Assembly: GCA_051294375.1 (NCBI GenBank)
Contig: CM119263.1
Coordinates: 3,410,593-3,474,592 of the forward strand
Source: Paraspadella gotoi
Taxonomy: Eukaryota > Animalia > Chaetognatha
Direction: 5' to 3'
DNA length: 64,000 nucleotides
Shown in pieces: positions 37,256 to 52,093 of this stretch (position 1 is the first letter of the stretch; every line of letters begins with the position of its first letter). A program made the translations under genes and the position numbers. The notes beneath the pieces were generated by a model. That model was not told the origin of the DNA. It saw nothing but the letters and a program-made list of their open reading frames with translations, and did no database searches.

Positions 37256-39263
37256 AGGAAGTTTTAAAATAAAAGCCAAAATGTTGTTTTCTAGAGGCCA
37301 AAGTCATATTTTATTACCAAAACAGTAATTCTTTGCTTACCGTGCGCCGATGAAGAAAAATTTCGTTTTAAACGAGATAAACGATGTTGCTTTCTATGTT
37401 TTTCTCGGGAGCGATAAATGTAAAGGGTTTTCGAACTTGGATCCATTAGCCTGGTATTAGGTTTGGTCTGAACCCTGTTAAGGTCTCGTCTATTGACCGG
37501 ACAAGGTTTCATTCTAATTATAGATTTTATTCCATGAGCGCAAATATTTAATTCATGTCTAGCGTTAAGTCTTAGCACGCCTCTTCAATAATCGTTTTCG
37601 AGTCCGCAGGTCTCTTTTATTTCCAGGTCTTCATCTATATTGGTCCAGATTATTACCTCTTATCTTTAAGACTGCGTCTCGGAACCAACGTCCTGACTGA
37701 CGACGACGACGACGACGACGACATTCCGTTGACGCTGTCTACTTGCCGAACAAAAAATCTCCGTCGAATTCAAACAACAATTTCTTCCGGGAATTAAGAG
37801 CCTCTTATAAGAGGTGGTCCGAGGAAAAGGCCTTACAGGGTGGTCAAAAAAAATAATTAGACTTTTTATATACAAATATAGGAGTGTATATGATATATAT
37901 TTTTTAAAATAAAATTCTTACTTTCATTACAGTACTTTATTTCACCATTATTTTAGACGAATTATATCGATTGTAATATCAATAATATCATAATATAATT
38001 TAGGAAAAAAATGAAAAAAAGTTTGAGCAACTATGACATAAACAACTACACAACTATGAAATAAAAATGAAAAAAAAATGGAAAAAGCCAAGACTCTGAA
38101 CCATTGTCTGCTCTCTCTTCTTCTCATCTCTCTCTCTCTCCTCCTCCCCTCTCTTTTTTTGAATGCTGCAGAAAAAAATGCGTCTTTTTTTCTTAAAAAA
38201 CTTTTTTTTTCAATCGCAAAGCCGTTTCCTTCGAACAGGCCGCTAATCTCCCATGCGGTGACACTGGCCAAATTTGAAGGGGAATTTTCTTTTTGGGAGG
38301 GAGTTCAAATTTTAAGAAAACAAATAAACAAAGAAAACATTAAAAAAAAAAAACAGAAAACGGCTTCTTACTTATATAGTTCTATTTTTTTCTATTCACT
38401 CTCTCTCTCTTCTCCTCTCTCTCCGTTCTCTCTTCTGAGTCTCTCTCTCTCTCTCTCTCGCTCTCTAAAAAAAAAAAAAAACTCCACACAAACTTATAAA
38501 AGATAATTTTCATTCTCAATTTGGAAATTAAGACGAATTTCTTACTTTAACGCAGCAAACCGAGAGACAGACCGACCGACCGACTGAGAACCGCCGCCTT
38601 GAACTCCAGTTACTCGGACTTCGGAGGCTCCAACCGCTCGTACATTAATTTATGTTTGACAACGCGAAAGTCCTTCGAAGGCTGCAGGAATCGCATTCAC
38701 CTTAGACTTTAAACGAAGAGCAACACTGTGAAGAAGTGTAAGCAACACAGCGCTAACAAACATGTGGGCTCTGGCACATTAATGCTCCGACATTGTGCTC
38801 CGGCGTCTGATTACCAACATAACCGTGTTATCAAAGATTTAGGATATGTGATAAAGGACGATCGACGTACGCAGTTTGTGGACAGTTTTTTTGTCCAAAA
38901 CATTTCTCTTGCACAGTGAAATTTTGGAACCGAAATCACACGAGTGTGAATGTTTTTTTTCTAAAAATTAGTGAGTTGAAAAGGAAACGAAGGTAACTTT
39001 TCGAAGTATCGGAGTCACAACAGCTGAACCGTGACATCTGTGACAGGGATGTATGTAACTGGAAAGAAGGATAAGGGAGTGTGAAAAGGAAGGCAGAGGG
39101 AATAGAAAGAACACAGAAATGTTAAGAATAAGAAGAAGGGGAAGGAAAAAGAAAAATGAAATGAAATGAAGTGAATGAATGAATGAATGAATGAAAGAAG
39201 AAAGAAGAAAGAAAGAAAGGAAAGAAAGATAAGAAAGAAAGAAAGAAGAAAGAAAGAAAGAAA

Positions 39264-39299
<36 letters not shown>

Positions 39300-40360
39300 A
39301 AGAAAAATAAATAATAAATAAATAAATAGATAAATAAATAAATAAATGAATAACAATAATAATAAACTAAATAAATTAATTAATTAATCTATTGATAAAA
39401 AAATAAGAAATAAGAAAAAAATAAATTAAAAAAATAAAAAATATAGAAGAAATAAGAGATAAGAGAAAGAGTAGGAGGAATAAGTTAAAGAATTGAGAGC
39501 GCGGACTTCATCGTGAATGAAGGCTCAAGTCAAACGCTTGTTGTGATTGAGATGAAATCGGGTAATAAATTTGGTTTCAACCCTTTGAAGTGATGAAACC
39601 AAATTAGGGGAATGAACGAGGGGAAAGAAAAGAAAGAGAAGAAAAGAGAAGAAAGAAAAAAAAAAGAATGGAAAAAAAAGAAAGATAGAGAAAACTAGAA
39701 ATAAACGTGGAACAGGGCGATGATGGGATCAACGACAAAAAACAACATCGTTAAAGACTAAACAATAACAAAAAACGAAAAAAACAAACTACACTTTTGG
39801 AGAGAAAAAGAATAAATTGAAAGAAAAAAAAAAATTGGCCGCGAAAAAAAGAACAACAAAAACACAAAAGCGACGACAACAAAATGGACAACAAAAGTTG
39901 ATTTCTAAATTCTAACGCCCCAAAAAAAAACTTAAGAAAACGCACGAGGAGATGTAAAGGTTTTCGCTTGAAAATAAAAACTCGGGTTCAAGATTATGGG
40001 AGATATGTCATCTCCAAATCCTCGCCCCGCGGGTGGCTCTAAGGGTGCGGCCCCAGGGGGCGAGGCTATTCCAGGGAGGAGCAGCAAAAAGGTCATCTGA
40101 GGGCGCCCCTAAATAGACCCAAAATGTTTGCCCCACAGGGGGAAACCCCCCTCGGGGGCCGGCACCACCTGGGGCCAAAAAAGTCTGCCCCTGGGGTAAC
40201 CCCTTGGGGAGCAAGAAAAGTGGCTCCCACCTGGGGCGAGTTAAGGAGAGAGGCGAAAGTTTAGTAAAAAAATATACTTTCTGACAATGTTATTGGTATC
40301 TGAAGAATTCTCCCTGTCTGTTACTCTCTTTTCTCTCTTTCTCTTTCTCTCTTCACTTTC

Positions 40361-40391
<31 letters not shown>

Positions 40392-41679
40392 ATTCTTCTC
40401 TCTCTCTTTTTTTTGCTCTTTTTTCTTTTAATTCTTTCTTTTTTCTTCTCTCTTTCCTTATCTTCCTCTCTAATCTTTTCTCTCTCTTATCTTCAAGACT
40501 TTGGTTTTATGTATTAAAAAAATATACATTTTTTTTAAAATTATTGGTTAACGGATCGTTTATTACCATAATTTTATCTTAGAAAAGTTATAATATTTGT
40601 ATTTTTGAATCTTAAATTATTTTAATTTCAATATAAAGAGATAAGAAAGCAAGTTTTAGCAAACAATTAATGACGTGGCCACAGATATTTAGTGTTAAGA
40701 AGCTAATTCAGTCCTGCTTTTTCTTTTTTTTCTTTCTTCTTTTTTTCCTTTTTTTTCTTTTTTTTTGGATGGACATACTGATTGACTGATAGAGGGAAAC
40801 ATTAATTTTTTAAAAATATTCAATAATTTTGATGTTAAAAAAAGAATTAAATAAATCAATAATAAACTAAATAATAGGCAGTAATCGACAGATCTACCTT
40901 AGTGAATATGAGTCCCCCCCCAAAAAAAAGAATATTCCATTCAAAATTTTTACTTCAATGATCAACTTAAATGAAGTTCCACATCGTGAATAAATTTTAT
41001 TCATTTAAGATTTGTAATTAAAATTGTTCAGTAATAGATTCCCTCTGATGAACCACATTGTTGAGGAAAGCTGATGGTTTGAGAAGAGAGAGTGAGCAAA
41101 ACTTTAATATCTAGATCACATCACACACTTTTCCCCTACCCACACACAAGATTTCATTCCAATCCATATATCTAATCACGAATAATTTTGAGTTTAATGC
41201 TAATGTTGGGACAGACTTAAAGACTGATATTAAATATTAACTTAACTTAATTATTTTTTTATAAGTGGAATTAAAACACATCCTCACTCTTTATTCTACT
41301 ATTTAAAATTTCAATAGATGAATTAAGATAAAATTTTTGTATGTGGTAAAAAGAGTGGGCAAGTGAAAGTGAGTTTTAAATGGACAAAAACAAAAGTCAC
41401 ATTTCTTTGAAATTTTATTAAAAATTTTCTCACTCTTGTCTTTCTTTCTAGTTTATCACAGATAAATTAATAATATAGGCTAATTGTTAAAGTGGATTGT
41501 TGACCAGATATTATCGGCAAGTTGACGCAAATTATCCAAAGTTGTCCTAAAATTATCAAGTTTACCCAAATTAGTGGCAAAGTTTACAGAAATTAGCAAC
41601 GTTTTAAATCAAATTCTAAAAGTTGACCAAGCGTAGCTTCTGAGGGAGAAGCTGTAGCAATTCTCGTTGCTAAACGAGA

Positions 41680-42730
41680 ATTGTTAAAGGAGCCTTGGGA
41701 AGGGGACACGGGAGTAACATGAGCCGGGAAAGAAGCACAGGAAGGAAGATTAGAGCCGGCAAGAGGAATTGGCTCCCGACGCTGAGTTGGGGTGCGATTC
41801 CGACGATATGTGGACGAAAAGTGACGGACGAACGCCACCGCACGACGGCGCCAGATAACGAAAGCAAAGAAAACAAAGGCAAATTTGAGAAAGGGGAAGA
41901 AAACGGGCGAATTTCATGAGGGCAAATGGTGTAAGAGGGAAATGAAGAGGAATAATAACTAAAAGAAAATAAAATATACATAAAAAATAAATATAAAGCA
42001 TGAAATATTGAAACGATTAAACTAGGGATCGAACTAAAAACAACAGAAACCGATGTTTATGAAGCATTCTAGAAATGACAATTCCACAAACAGAAGTAGT
42101 AAACAACAAAAACACCAAGAAACTACACACGAACAAAATTTAGCAACTGATGTTACCTTGTTTTATGTAAAAATAAAAGACGAAAAACATAAGGAACAAA
42201 AAACTATTGTCGCTACAGTAGACGTTAAGTTCTTAACCATTCCTTCAAAGCAACCAAGACTATTTCATATGGATGGCGATAGAGGATGGAGGATCCACTT
42301 AAGATGGCGATGGTGGTGAAGGAGAATGCGGCATTGGCCGATGCATTTGCCGACGCCGAGAGAGCATCGGCCGTCTCAAATTTCGTTGCGCGACATCAAT
42401 CTTGGCTGTTTTGATCATCGTCTTGCATCGGTGGTGAGAACACAAAGAAATGTTTTGTGACAAAGTTTCGCCGGGAATAAGGTTTTTTTCTTTTTACGAT
42501 CCGTGAGTTGTTACGACTTCACCAAAGGTTATGAGGGAGAGAAGTGAAAGAATTACGAACGACGACGAAGACAACCAGACGACGACACAGACACATAACA
42601 CTTTCGCGACAAAAGGAAAACAAAATTTCTTTGTCGTGTAGAAACTACACTGTATTCTATGTAAATTATTTATTCTTTGTCATGATTGAATAAACTTTTG
42701 ATATGCGTTACGAAATATGGTATGATAGAC
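41680..42730 (+). repeat. About 1.05-kb block duplicated at about 45675-46810
   Basis: Shared anchors 'ggagtaacatgagc', 'gttgcgcgacatcaatcttggct' and 'taacactttcgcgacaaaaggaaaacaaa'. The second copy follows the 25-N gap at 45539. Confidence 0.88.
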
Positions 42731-43552
42731 TAAACATAATAAATTTTTAACCGCCTACGCGGGATAAAATATAGGATATGTCAGGTCGGCAAAAAAAGAA
42801 AGAGAAAAAACAAGAAAATAATGAAAAATTATAATCAGTGTGAGCAGCGAGAATATGCTCATATGAGACTTACTTAAGTTAAGTGCTAAACATTTATGAT
42901 AGAACCGAAATTATGACACATATTACGGTCTGGGCATTGATAAAGAGAGGCAATAGGATTTCATATGATTATGTAATATAGTTTAGAAGTGAAAATATTA
43001 TGATATTTTATTTATTATATATAAATTTATAATAATATTCATCACATCAGATGATAAATATAATTATGTTTATTATATGTATGTTAGTAGTAATATATAT
43101 TGAGAGCAGGGTCTAGAAGAGAGAACAGAGAAGGATGAGTGTTGAGAGAGCAACAAGCCGAGGGGAGAGAAGGAGCCGTTCACCGGATGCGTGGGAAGCA
43201 GGGTGTAGTCAAAATGGTACATTGCACCACCATGGAGGGATCGCCACCGCAGCGCGGAATAAGGATTTTTTTCCTTGTCAGCCCTGAGAGGTGAATTCAC
43301 CCCTGGAGTGCCTCGCTTAAGGGCCAGAAAAAAGAGGAAGCATACCATTGGGGGCCCGCCCTAGGGACAGATAAACGTTTCGACTCTCTCGCATTGCTCT
43401 CCTCTGTGCGCAGGCCCACCCAAGAGCAAGAGCGCGCGCGAGCACTTCGGACTGCGGAGCCGCACCCTGAGCAGCGCCCCGGGGGAGGCGATTCCTGAAG
43501 GATGACATACTTGGATTATGGACTGAGCCATTCAGAGAGAGAGAGAGAGAGA

Positions 43553-43617
<65 letters not shown>

Positions 43618-45505
43618 CACTTCAAGGATTGTCGCCGATGGCAATTAAGCAGTGAGAGAGAACAAAGTGAGAAAATTCATCGACTCTTGTGCTCCTCATA
43701 AAAGTCATTCCCCAACGTCGAAATCGGAGTCGAGTCCACCGTGGTCCGCCTCGGAATCACCGCTCCTTTTCACATTTGAATCAACCACTTTCGATCACAG
43801 CCGCCACCGTACGCCTACTGATACCAACTGGAAACAGCCTATGCCACTCCTGTGCCACAATGACAGCCACATCGCCATAACCACTGGAAAACCTGCATGT
43901 GAAGTCCACTTTTGGATTTTTTCTCCATCGGATTCACGTGAACCGAAATTTGTTTCTTTCTGTTTTGTTAGTGCTTTTTTTGTTTATTTTTCTTTTTTAA
44001 TTTTCTCCGCTTTTAGAATGTTTTTCCTGATCATAGCAATTTCCATTTCACTTCACTCACTCCCCTTGCTATTCTTGTTTCTCGAGATCCATTCGTCTCC
44101 ATCACGCTCTGATTTATAAATCTGAAAAGTTGTGACGGGAAAACAATGAACGAGAGAGAGAGACAAAGAGAAAGAGAGCGGGCGGAGAGCAGATGGAGAG
44201 AGAGAGAAGAAGAAAGAGAAAGAGAGAGACGAGAGAGAGAGAGAGAGGATGAGAGAGAGAGAGAGAGAGAGAGAGCAGAGAGAGAAAGAGAAAGAGAGAG
44301 AGAGAAAATTGGATTCAAGAAAATCGCTATTCCGCTCCATACGATACTGCAATAATATACTCTGTTAAATCCATAGTAATTGAAATGTAGTAGAAATATA
44401 AAAATAAGAAGAAGAAAAAACTGCATTAGGAAAATAAGATAACATTTCACTGACTGGGAAATAGAAAGCGAAGCATTAATTGTACGGTCTTTCCTTCGAT
44501 TCTTCCTTTTCGGTCAGAAATGGATTCCCTTTTATTTGGAGAGAAAAAAGTCGGTCAAATCACGAAGACCAAATAAGAGATGGAACTGAAGGAAAGATTC
44601 AGAGAAATATTGAGGAAATTATGGAGGGAGGAAAGAAGAAGGAAGAAAAAGAGTGAGAGGAAATATTATAGATGAATTTGTAAAATTCAGTGGGAAGGAG
44701 AAAACTTTGGAATTGTGGGTGAGAACGAGAAGAATGAATGATGTAGTTCTCAACTTTTTATGAAGTTTGGTTCAAACCAATATAAAAATATATCTTCATT
44801 GTTTAATAATGTTCAAAGGAAAGTTGTGGTGTGAGAAAAATTAATTGACGAAAAAGAGTCATAGTGCTTTAAGAAACAAAAAAAGATAGAGAAAAAAAAG
44901 AATTGGCAGAAAGAATATTGATAAAAGGAGTGCATGAGCTAGGAAAGATAGAAAGAAAAAGAAAATGAATATGAGACTAAAGAAGGAAAAGAAAATTAAA
45001 ATAAAATAATAATAATAAAATAAAGCGAAACAAAAAAAATCCGAGAGCTTAAAAGTTATAAACAGAGAAAACAATAAAAGTTTAAAAATCGGTTCCTATT
45101 ATTATTTTTCAGTCGTCGCTTTGACTGACAATTCAGCTGAGGAGACTCGGAAGGCCGAATATCCCATATCGCTGGGTACTCGTACGGTCCTGCGTGTGTG
45201 ATAGGGGGAATGCCCTTTGGGTGTTTCTAGAAAGGGGTCAACAGAAGGGTAGAGATTGGGAGATATAGGGTGGTGGTGGGTAGGGTGGTGGGGGAAAGAA
45301 GAGGAGTGGCGTGGGGCGGGCGGTGGGATGAAATGTGGAGAGGAAGAAAGAAAGAGATGTGGCGGCGCCGAGAAAGCATGGAGAACTGTTGCCACAAAAT
45401 GGAATAAACGATGACAGAGAAGAAGAGAAAAGAGAGAGAGAGAGAGACGAGAAGGAGAGAAGAGAAGAGAGAAACAGAGAGACGAGAGAGAAGTAGAGAG
45501 AGAGA

Positions 45506-45538
<33 letters not shown>

Positions 45539-47910
45539 NNNNNNNNNNNNNNNNNNNNNNNNNGAGAGAGAGAAATTCAAGGACGTGGGCGATAAGTCGA
45601 CTTTTGAGAAAGAAAGGCGTGAAAATTAGACTCGAAAATAAGGAAAATGAGAAAATTTAAGAGTAAAGACTCCAACGAGAAAATATTTATAGGAGCTTGA
45701 AAGGGGGCACACTGGAGTAACATGAGCGGGCAAAGGACCTGCATAAGCGGGCAAAAGAGCAATATGAGCGGGCAAAGTAGCGAAGGGCGCCCCTCCCGCC
45801 GACGCTCGATGTTTGTTCTCGATGCGACGATAAATTTGAGCCGAAAATTTGACGTGACGAAGCAAGCCACCGCCATCTCTCGGCGCCAGCGATAACGAAA
45901 AAGGCAAATAAAACAAAAGGCAAATATGAAGATAAAAGGGAAATCAACGTTGCGAAGTCATGAAGGGCAAATGGTTGATAAAAGAGGGAAATGATGTTAG
46001 GAAAATAAACTAAAAAGAAAATAAATATAACATAAAATAATAATATAATAATATAGCATGTAAAAAAAGATATTTTGAAAACGATAAAACTAGGGGATCG
46101 AATCAAAAAAACAACAGAAACCATGTTTATGAGACATTCTAAAATGAGCAATTCCACAAACAAGAAAGTAGTTAAACAACAAACAAAGAAACTTAACGAA
46201 CATAAATTTAGACTAAACTGATGTTATTTCTTGTTTTTGTAATAAATAAAAACAAAAACATAAAAGGAACAAAAAACTTATTGTCGCTACAGTGACGTTT
46301 AAGTTCTTAACCCATTCCTTCAGAGCAACCAAGACTTTATGGATGGCGAAAGGATGGCAGGATGGCACTAATGGCATTGTGGTGAAGGACGAATCGGCAT
46401 TGGCCGATGGCATTTGCCGACGCCGATGGCATCGCCGTCTCAAATTTGTTGCGCGACATCAATCTTGGCTTTTTGATTCCATCGTCTTCGCATCGGATCG
46501 GTGAGAATCACAAAGAAAGTTTTGGGACAAAAGTTTCGCGGGAATAAAGTTTTTTTTCTTTTCACGATCGTGAGTTGTTTACGACTTTTCACCAAAGGTT
46601 ATGAGTGAGAGAATGTGAAAGAATGACGACGACGACGAAGACAACCAGACGACGACAACCAGACGACGACGAAGACACATAACACTTTCGCGACAAAAGG
46701 AAAACAAATTTCTGTCGTGTAGAAACTACATCGTTTTCTATGTAAATTATTATTCTTTTTAATTGATAAACTTTTATATTCGTCGAAATATGGTTATGAA
46801 TATGAATCATCATAAATTTGTACTCAGGTCGACAAAAAGTTGGGAACCTAAGTCTTAGACTAAGACTATGAAGAGGACGACGACGGATTGATAAAAAGAA
46901 AATAATATTATGTAAAATATATGTATAGTTATATTTTCCCCGGTCGTTGACTCGTGTGATAATCGATAAATATCTCTTTAATTCGCTGCCATAAAAAAAC
47001 CTGGAAAAATCTTTCGACTCGATTTGGTTTTTTTCCAAAACAAACAAACAATTCGAATTCCACTCTGCTTATTTTCAACATTGCTCTTTTTTTTTAAATA
47101 TAAAAATTAGTTTAAAGACTTTTAATGTGTTTTTTATATTCAAAATCGCTTTTAAAACTAGCTTCCATCTAAAAAGTTTAAACATAATTTTTTTATTATT
47201 ACATATCAAGATAAATATACAGTTTAAAAAGTGTGAACATTTCCCGACTACTTTAACTTGGAATCACTCTCACTCTCACAAGTCCGAAGTTCACTTTCGA
47301 CTTTAAATTGGCTCTCATTCTCACAACGAGGGTGGCGCGGTCGCTCCTAGGTCACGTGATCAGACGTTATTAGCCAAACAAATAAACAATAAAATCAGGA
47401 GACGAGGAAATCCGAGCGATGAAAGATTTAAAATAAATTTTGTTTGTTTGACGAGTTGAGATGAGAGGGAAGGGAAAGTAGGAAGAGTAGAAGAGAAGGT
47501 GGAAGGAAAGAATTAAAGGAAGGGAAAGAGGATGGGAGAAAATAGAAATACAGATTAGAAATTATTAAAGAGAAAAAAATAATAAAGTTATATAATACAT
47601 AATTATATAATACCGCTTCATTGATGAGAAAGTAATTCGGGAGTGAATAAACTATACTGCGAGAGAGTCTTGGTTGAAAGCTTTCAGAGGGATGCAGCCC
47701 TTATTCTTCCATAGCCCGTCCAAAGTAAGGAACGGATAATTTTTTTATTGGTTAGTTTCATAATTAGGTTTAAATCTAAACTTGCGAATTTGTGAAAAAA
47801 AAAATTGAACAAGCTGGAGAATCTCAGTGAGAACGATTTGTGAGAATTTAATAGAAGGATGTGATCGAGAAAATGAGTGGATTATCTTGGAATAGAAGCG
47901 TCGACCAGGG

Positions 47911-47983
<73 letters not shown>

Positions 47984-48248
47984 TCTCTCTCTCTCTTCCT
48001 TTCTCTCCTTTCTCTCTTTCTCTCCCCTCTCTCTCTCTCTCTCTCTCGTATCTTCTCTCTCTCTTTCTCTCGTTTCTCTTTTCTCTCTTCCTTTCTCAGC
48101 CAGCCTCAAATCACATTCTGAAATCAAATTCTATACTATTGGTCTGCGGATTCGAATTATCATCTCTCTCTCTCTCTCTCCTCTCTCATCGTCTCTCCTA
48201 CTCTTTCTCTCGTCTCATGTCTCNNNNNNNNNNNNNNNNNNNNNNNNN

Positions 48249-51200
48249 ACGGTGACAAATAAACACGAGAGAAAGCGTCGGTGACAAGAAAGTTGGTGGT
48301 AAACGAATACGACAAGAGCGACTAAACTTGTAAAACAAAAGGAGGACACGACCAAAAAAGTATTAAATGAATTTGCAAAGTATAATCGAACTTTAAAAAA
48401 ATGCAACCAAAATAAATAACAAAGAAAAAAATTCCCGCATTTTTCGTATGTTCCGCGTTGTTCGCAAATTAAGGACCCCAAACTCGTGACCAGAACGTCA
48501 TGTGCAACTCTTCCGACCACCATGCCGCGCGGCCCTCGGCCCCCCACCCACCCAAAAAAAACAAACATTTCCCCTTATCGTCAGTCGTCGGTCTACTTTT
48601 TTTTCGTGCGTTGCGGCGACCGACGCGTCTTCTGTCGGCCGACGAAATGTCGGTCAGGCGTTCGGTTAAAAGAACGACTTCACGCCTCGGAGAGGTTTAT
48701 TGTCGTCTACTCTGTTCGTCGTTCGTCGTCGTCGTCGTCGCGAACGTTATCTTCGCTGGGTGATTTTCGCTGAAGAGATTTACGAAGGATGTGTTAAGTC
48801 ACTGAGGTCACGTGAACGAATCAACATGTGATTCTTTACTCGTGACACCAAAAAAAGGATCACATTTCGAAATCAGCAAAGGACGAAAACCCTTTAAAAA
48901 AAACATGACTGACCTAAAGTTTCAACTCCTCCCTTGTTAAACAGTTTTGTCCAATACAATTAACTTAAAATTTTTGTTCAAATGAAAAGGTGCTAATTAG
49001 CGGTTTTGAATTTATAATAAAGACATCTTAAACTCTCGACCAAAGAAAGTTCGAAGGAAAATCGAGGCTTTAATGTTACTTTCGCCGGTTTCGCTTTTCC
49101 TCTTCGGTTTTTAGGAAGTTTTAAATGTAATATCAACGACTTTTTTTTCCCGGAGATTTTTGGAAAAAAACAAATGTCTTCGTTAGTGCGGTCGTCTGTT
49201 CCATCTTGCAATCGATCTCAGTTGATTCAGTTATTAACGTCATGTTTGAAAGTGGAACACTCTCACCTGGCTAAGCGCATTCAACCACCTTCAAAAAATT
49301 CAACACTCCGTCAAGTCACAATAGGAAGCTTATTCGACTAATCTTCAAACGCTCTCGATAAACTTCTTTCAATTTCTATCTTGCTTTTCGTCTTGTTTTT
49401 CTTCAACGCGTTCTATCCGGTCACAGTCTCTACTGCTGTCTCTCTTCTTTCTGCTTTCTCTTTCTCTTTCTTCTATTCTCTCTCATCTCGTCTCCTCTTC
49501 TCTCTCTCTCTTTCTCTCTCATCTCTCCATCTTTATTTTTCTAACACTTAGAAACAATCTCACAAACAACAACATACGCACAAGCTTCAGAAAGGAATGC
49601 ACTTGCAATTGTGACCACAAGAGTTTTTGTCTTCTGTGACAGATACGATTCTCGCAGCTCTTGGGCGCCAATCGCGGTCGCTGACCGCAGTCTCCTTAGC
49701 TCACCTCCTGACCCACAATCTATTAACACCGAGGACGAAACGTTCTATCCCAGCGCACCTACCTGAGTTCACTCACGTTCACCCCGCCACCGTTCGCCAC
49801 ACCTGACGGCGAACCCACTCTGAAGCTAGACTCGCACCCCAGCTTCACCTTTCGCTCAACCCACTTTCGAACTTTTCTGAAACGGAAAAATAGTTCTGAA
49901 TAAAAATGTTCTCGGGATAGATCCGACCGCTATCTAATTTATCCTCCTTTCGTTCTTAGCAGAGTCTGGCCAGCTGCGTCGGCAATGGTTGGAAGCAGCG
50001 TCGCGCAGTCTTAGGCCGGCGCCGATCTTTCGACGCGGTGCTCAACCAAATCGACGCTGTCAACTTTTCGGCGTTCGTGCTGTGTCTCCTAACGAAATTC
50101 GCCAATAGTCGCGGCGGGACGTCTCTATTTCGTCGAGCGCGCGTCATCAGTTTCCGGTCCATATACTCTCTCCTCCTCTCTCTGTCATCTTTATGTCTCA
50201 AACGATAGATCATTAAAAAGGAAAATTTCCATTGACTTGCGTCTCTATCCAAATCACATTGATAACCATTTGCTATTTAATTCCCGCCATCGTTTTGAAC
50301 TAACAGGGCTTGTCCGCCTCGTTAAACTGATCCATCGACAGGTGTTACGTGAACCGGATAAAAAAATCAGACTTCAAATTTGTATAGACAAGAACGGGAA
50401 ATATTGGTGCGCGCTGCCCTTTTGTTCTCCTTTATCTTTGTCGATCGAGTTTCGCGAGCCAGCCTGACGTTGATTTCGAAGGAAAAAAAATAAAAACAAT
50501 CAATCCTTGTCAACAATCAATTCTTAACGCGAGTGAGCTGAATTCGTTACGGATCATGAGTTTCTGTTAGTACACTGGATTTATTAACGTAACAGACTTA
50601 GGTCACTTATCACAGTTTATTACAATATAAAAAACAATCAACACTGAAACGAATCAGAACAAATAACTCCTCATGGATTCCTAGACAATTCAATAAATTC
50701 TTCTTCCGGAATCCGACTAGACTAAAAAGAGACCGCGGCTGTTGCTAGAGCGACGACTCGACTTACCTCAGCGGACCGAAACTTACCTCAGCGCGGACTC
50801 CCCCACCGCTTCGTGCCACACCATCGGAAACGAGTACGTCGCGCGCGCATGCTGCTGCGGGTCGTGGCGCCGTGCGCGCGCTAGAGCAGTAAGCCAGCAG
50901 CGACGACAGATGAGAATACCATCGCAGAAGCTGAGGCTTTTGTGGAATAAACAGAGAGCTAACAAGGACACAACAACAAGCAAGCAACAAGTACTTGTCT
51001 TGCAGAATTAGCTTGTATGAGAATTTGTTGTAGCCAAAGTCGCGTTATTTTGTTGGAGCCAAGTGTTTATTTCGACCAAAGTTTAATGTATTCACAATGA
51101 CAATCGTTTGCGAAGGAAGAACGTAATTTTCTAGATTCACCCTTCTCACGTCCTCATTCCGACGCGTTCACATTTTTAAAACGCAGTTCAGCCTCCTATC

Positions 51201-52049
51201 TTACGCTGCCACTCCCACCAGCTCACCCTCCCCGTCGCCTCCTCGCCACCTCAGCGCCATCTTTTTAAAACGCCACCCTAATATGTTTTGACGAGGACTC
51301 GGTCCGATACGTCACCCGCCAACCGTCCATCGACGTCACGTCGGATCGCAAGTAAGAACTCAACTGTTCTTTTACGTTTTTTTTTTTTTTTGAATATGAA
51401 GATTAAAAAAGTAAACAAAAGAAATACGTTCAAACAAAGAGTAAGAAGACGAAAAAACATTCCGCTTCGAAAATCTTTTTAGGTTTTGTCTTTTGTTAAA
51501 CTAATATTAACTTTTTTACGATCACTTCCGGATCGTAAGAAGAAGATTTTTATATACATCCCTGTCCGTATACTAGGTAAGATAATTAACAATGAGTTTT
51601 GGTTCCGACAACATAAAATCGTTTGATCTCACGATTAACCCAAAAGCGACGCGATCTTAAAATTCAGGCAATCAGAACTTCTGTTTGGTGATTAAAAATC
51701 TTTTCTGTTTCTTTGAAGTTTATTTCTGCTGCTTCTTACATCTCAAACGCGTTTGGCGGTGAATTTATGTTCAACGTGTTTTGCTTCTTAAGTGAGAAAA
51801 GGAGTCATTCATCACAGTATTGTTTACGAAATCGGTATAAGTTCAAAGCCGCGAGATTTCCTTTTTTTAACAATAGAAAAACATAACTCTCAGCTTATAT
51901 TTTTATTTCAAAATCATGAAATTGAAGGAACGATTTGTGTGTGTGTTTAAGATTTGTGAGACAACCTGTTTTTCCCCTTCAGCCAAGTTTTTAAGAGTCA
52001 ACGGGGGCTCAGTCTCCTTTGGTTTGTTCCAAGAATTCGGCTCTCTCCT

Positions 52050-52093
<44 letters not shown>

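Noticed and set aside
40010-40250. GC island with CCCCWGGGG palindromes as a regulatory or mobile element
   Set aside because: It falls at the decaying end of a noisy read copy and has no second copy here. The GC patches at 34575-34885 and 43150-43530 were rejected for the same reason.
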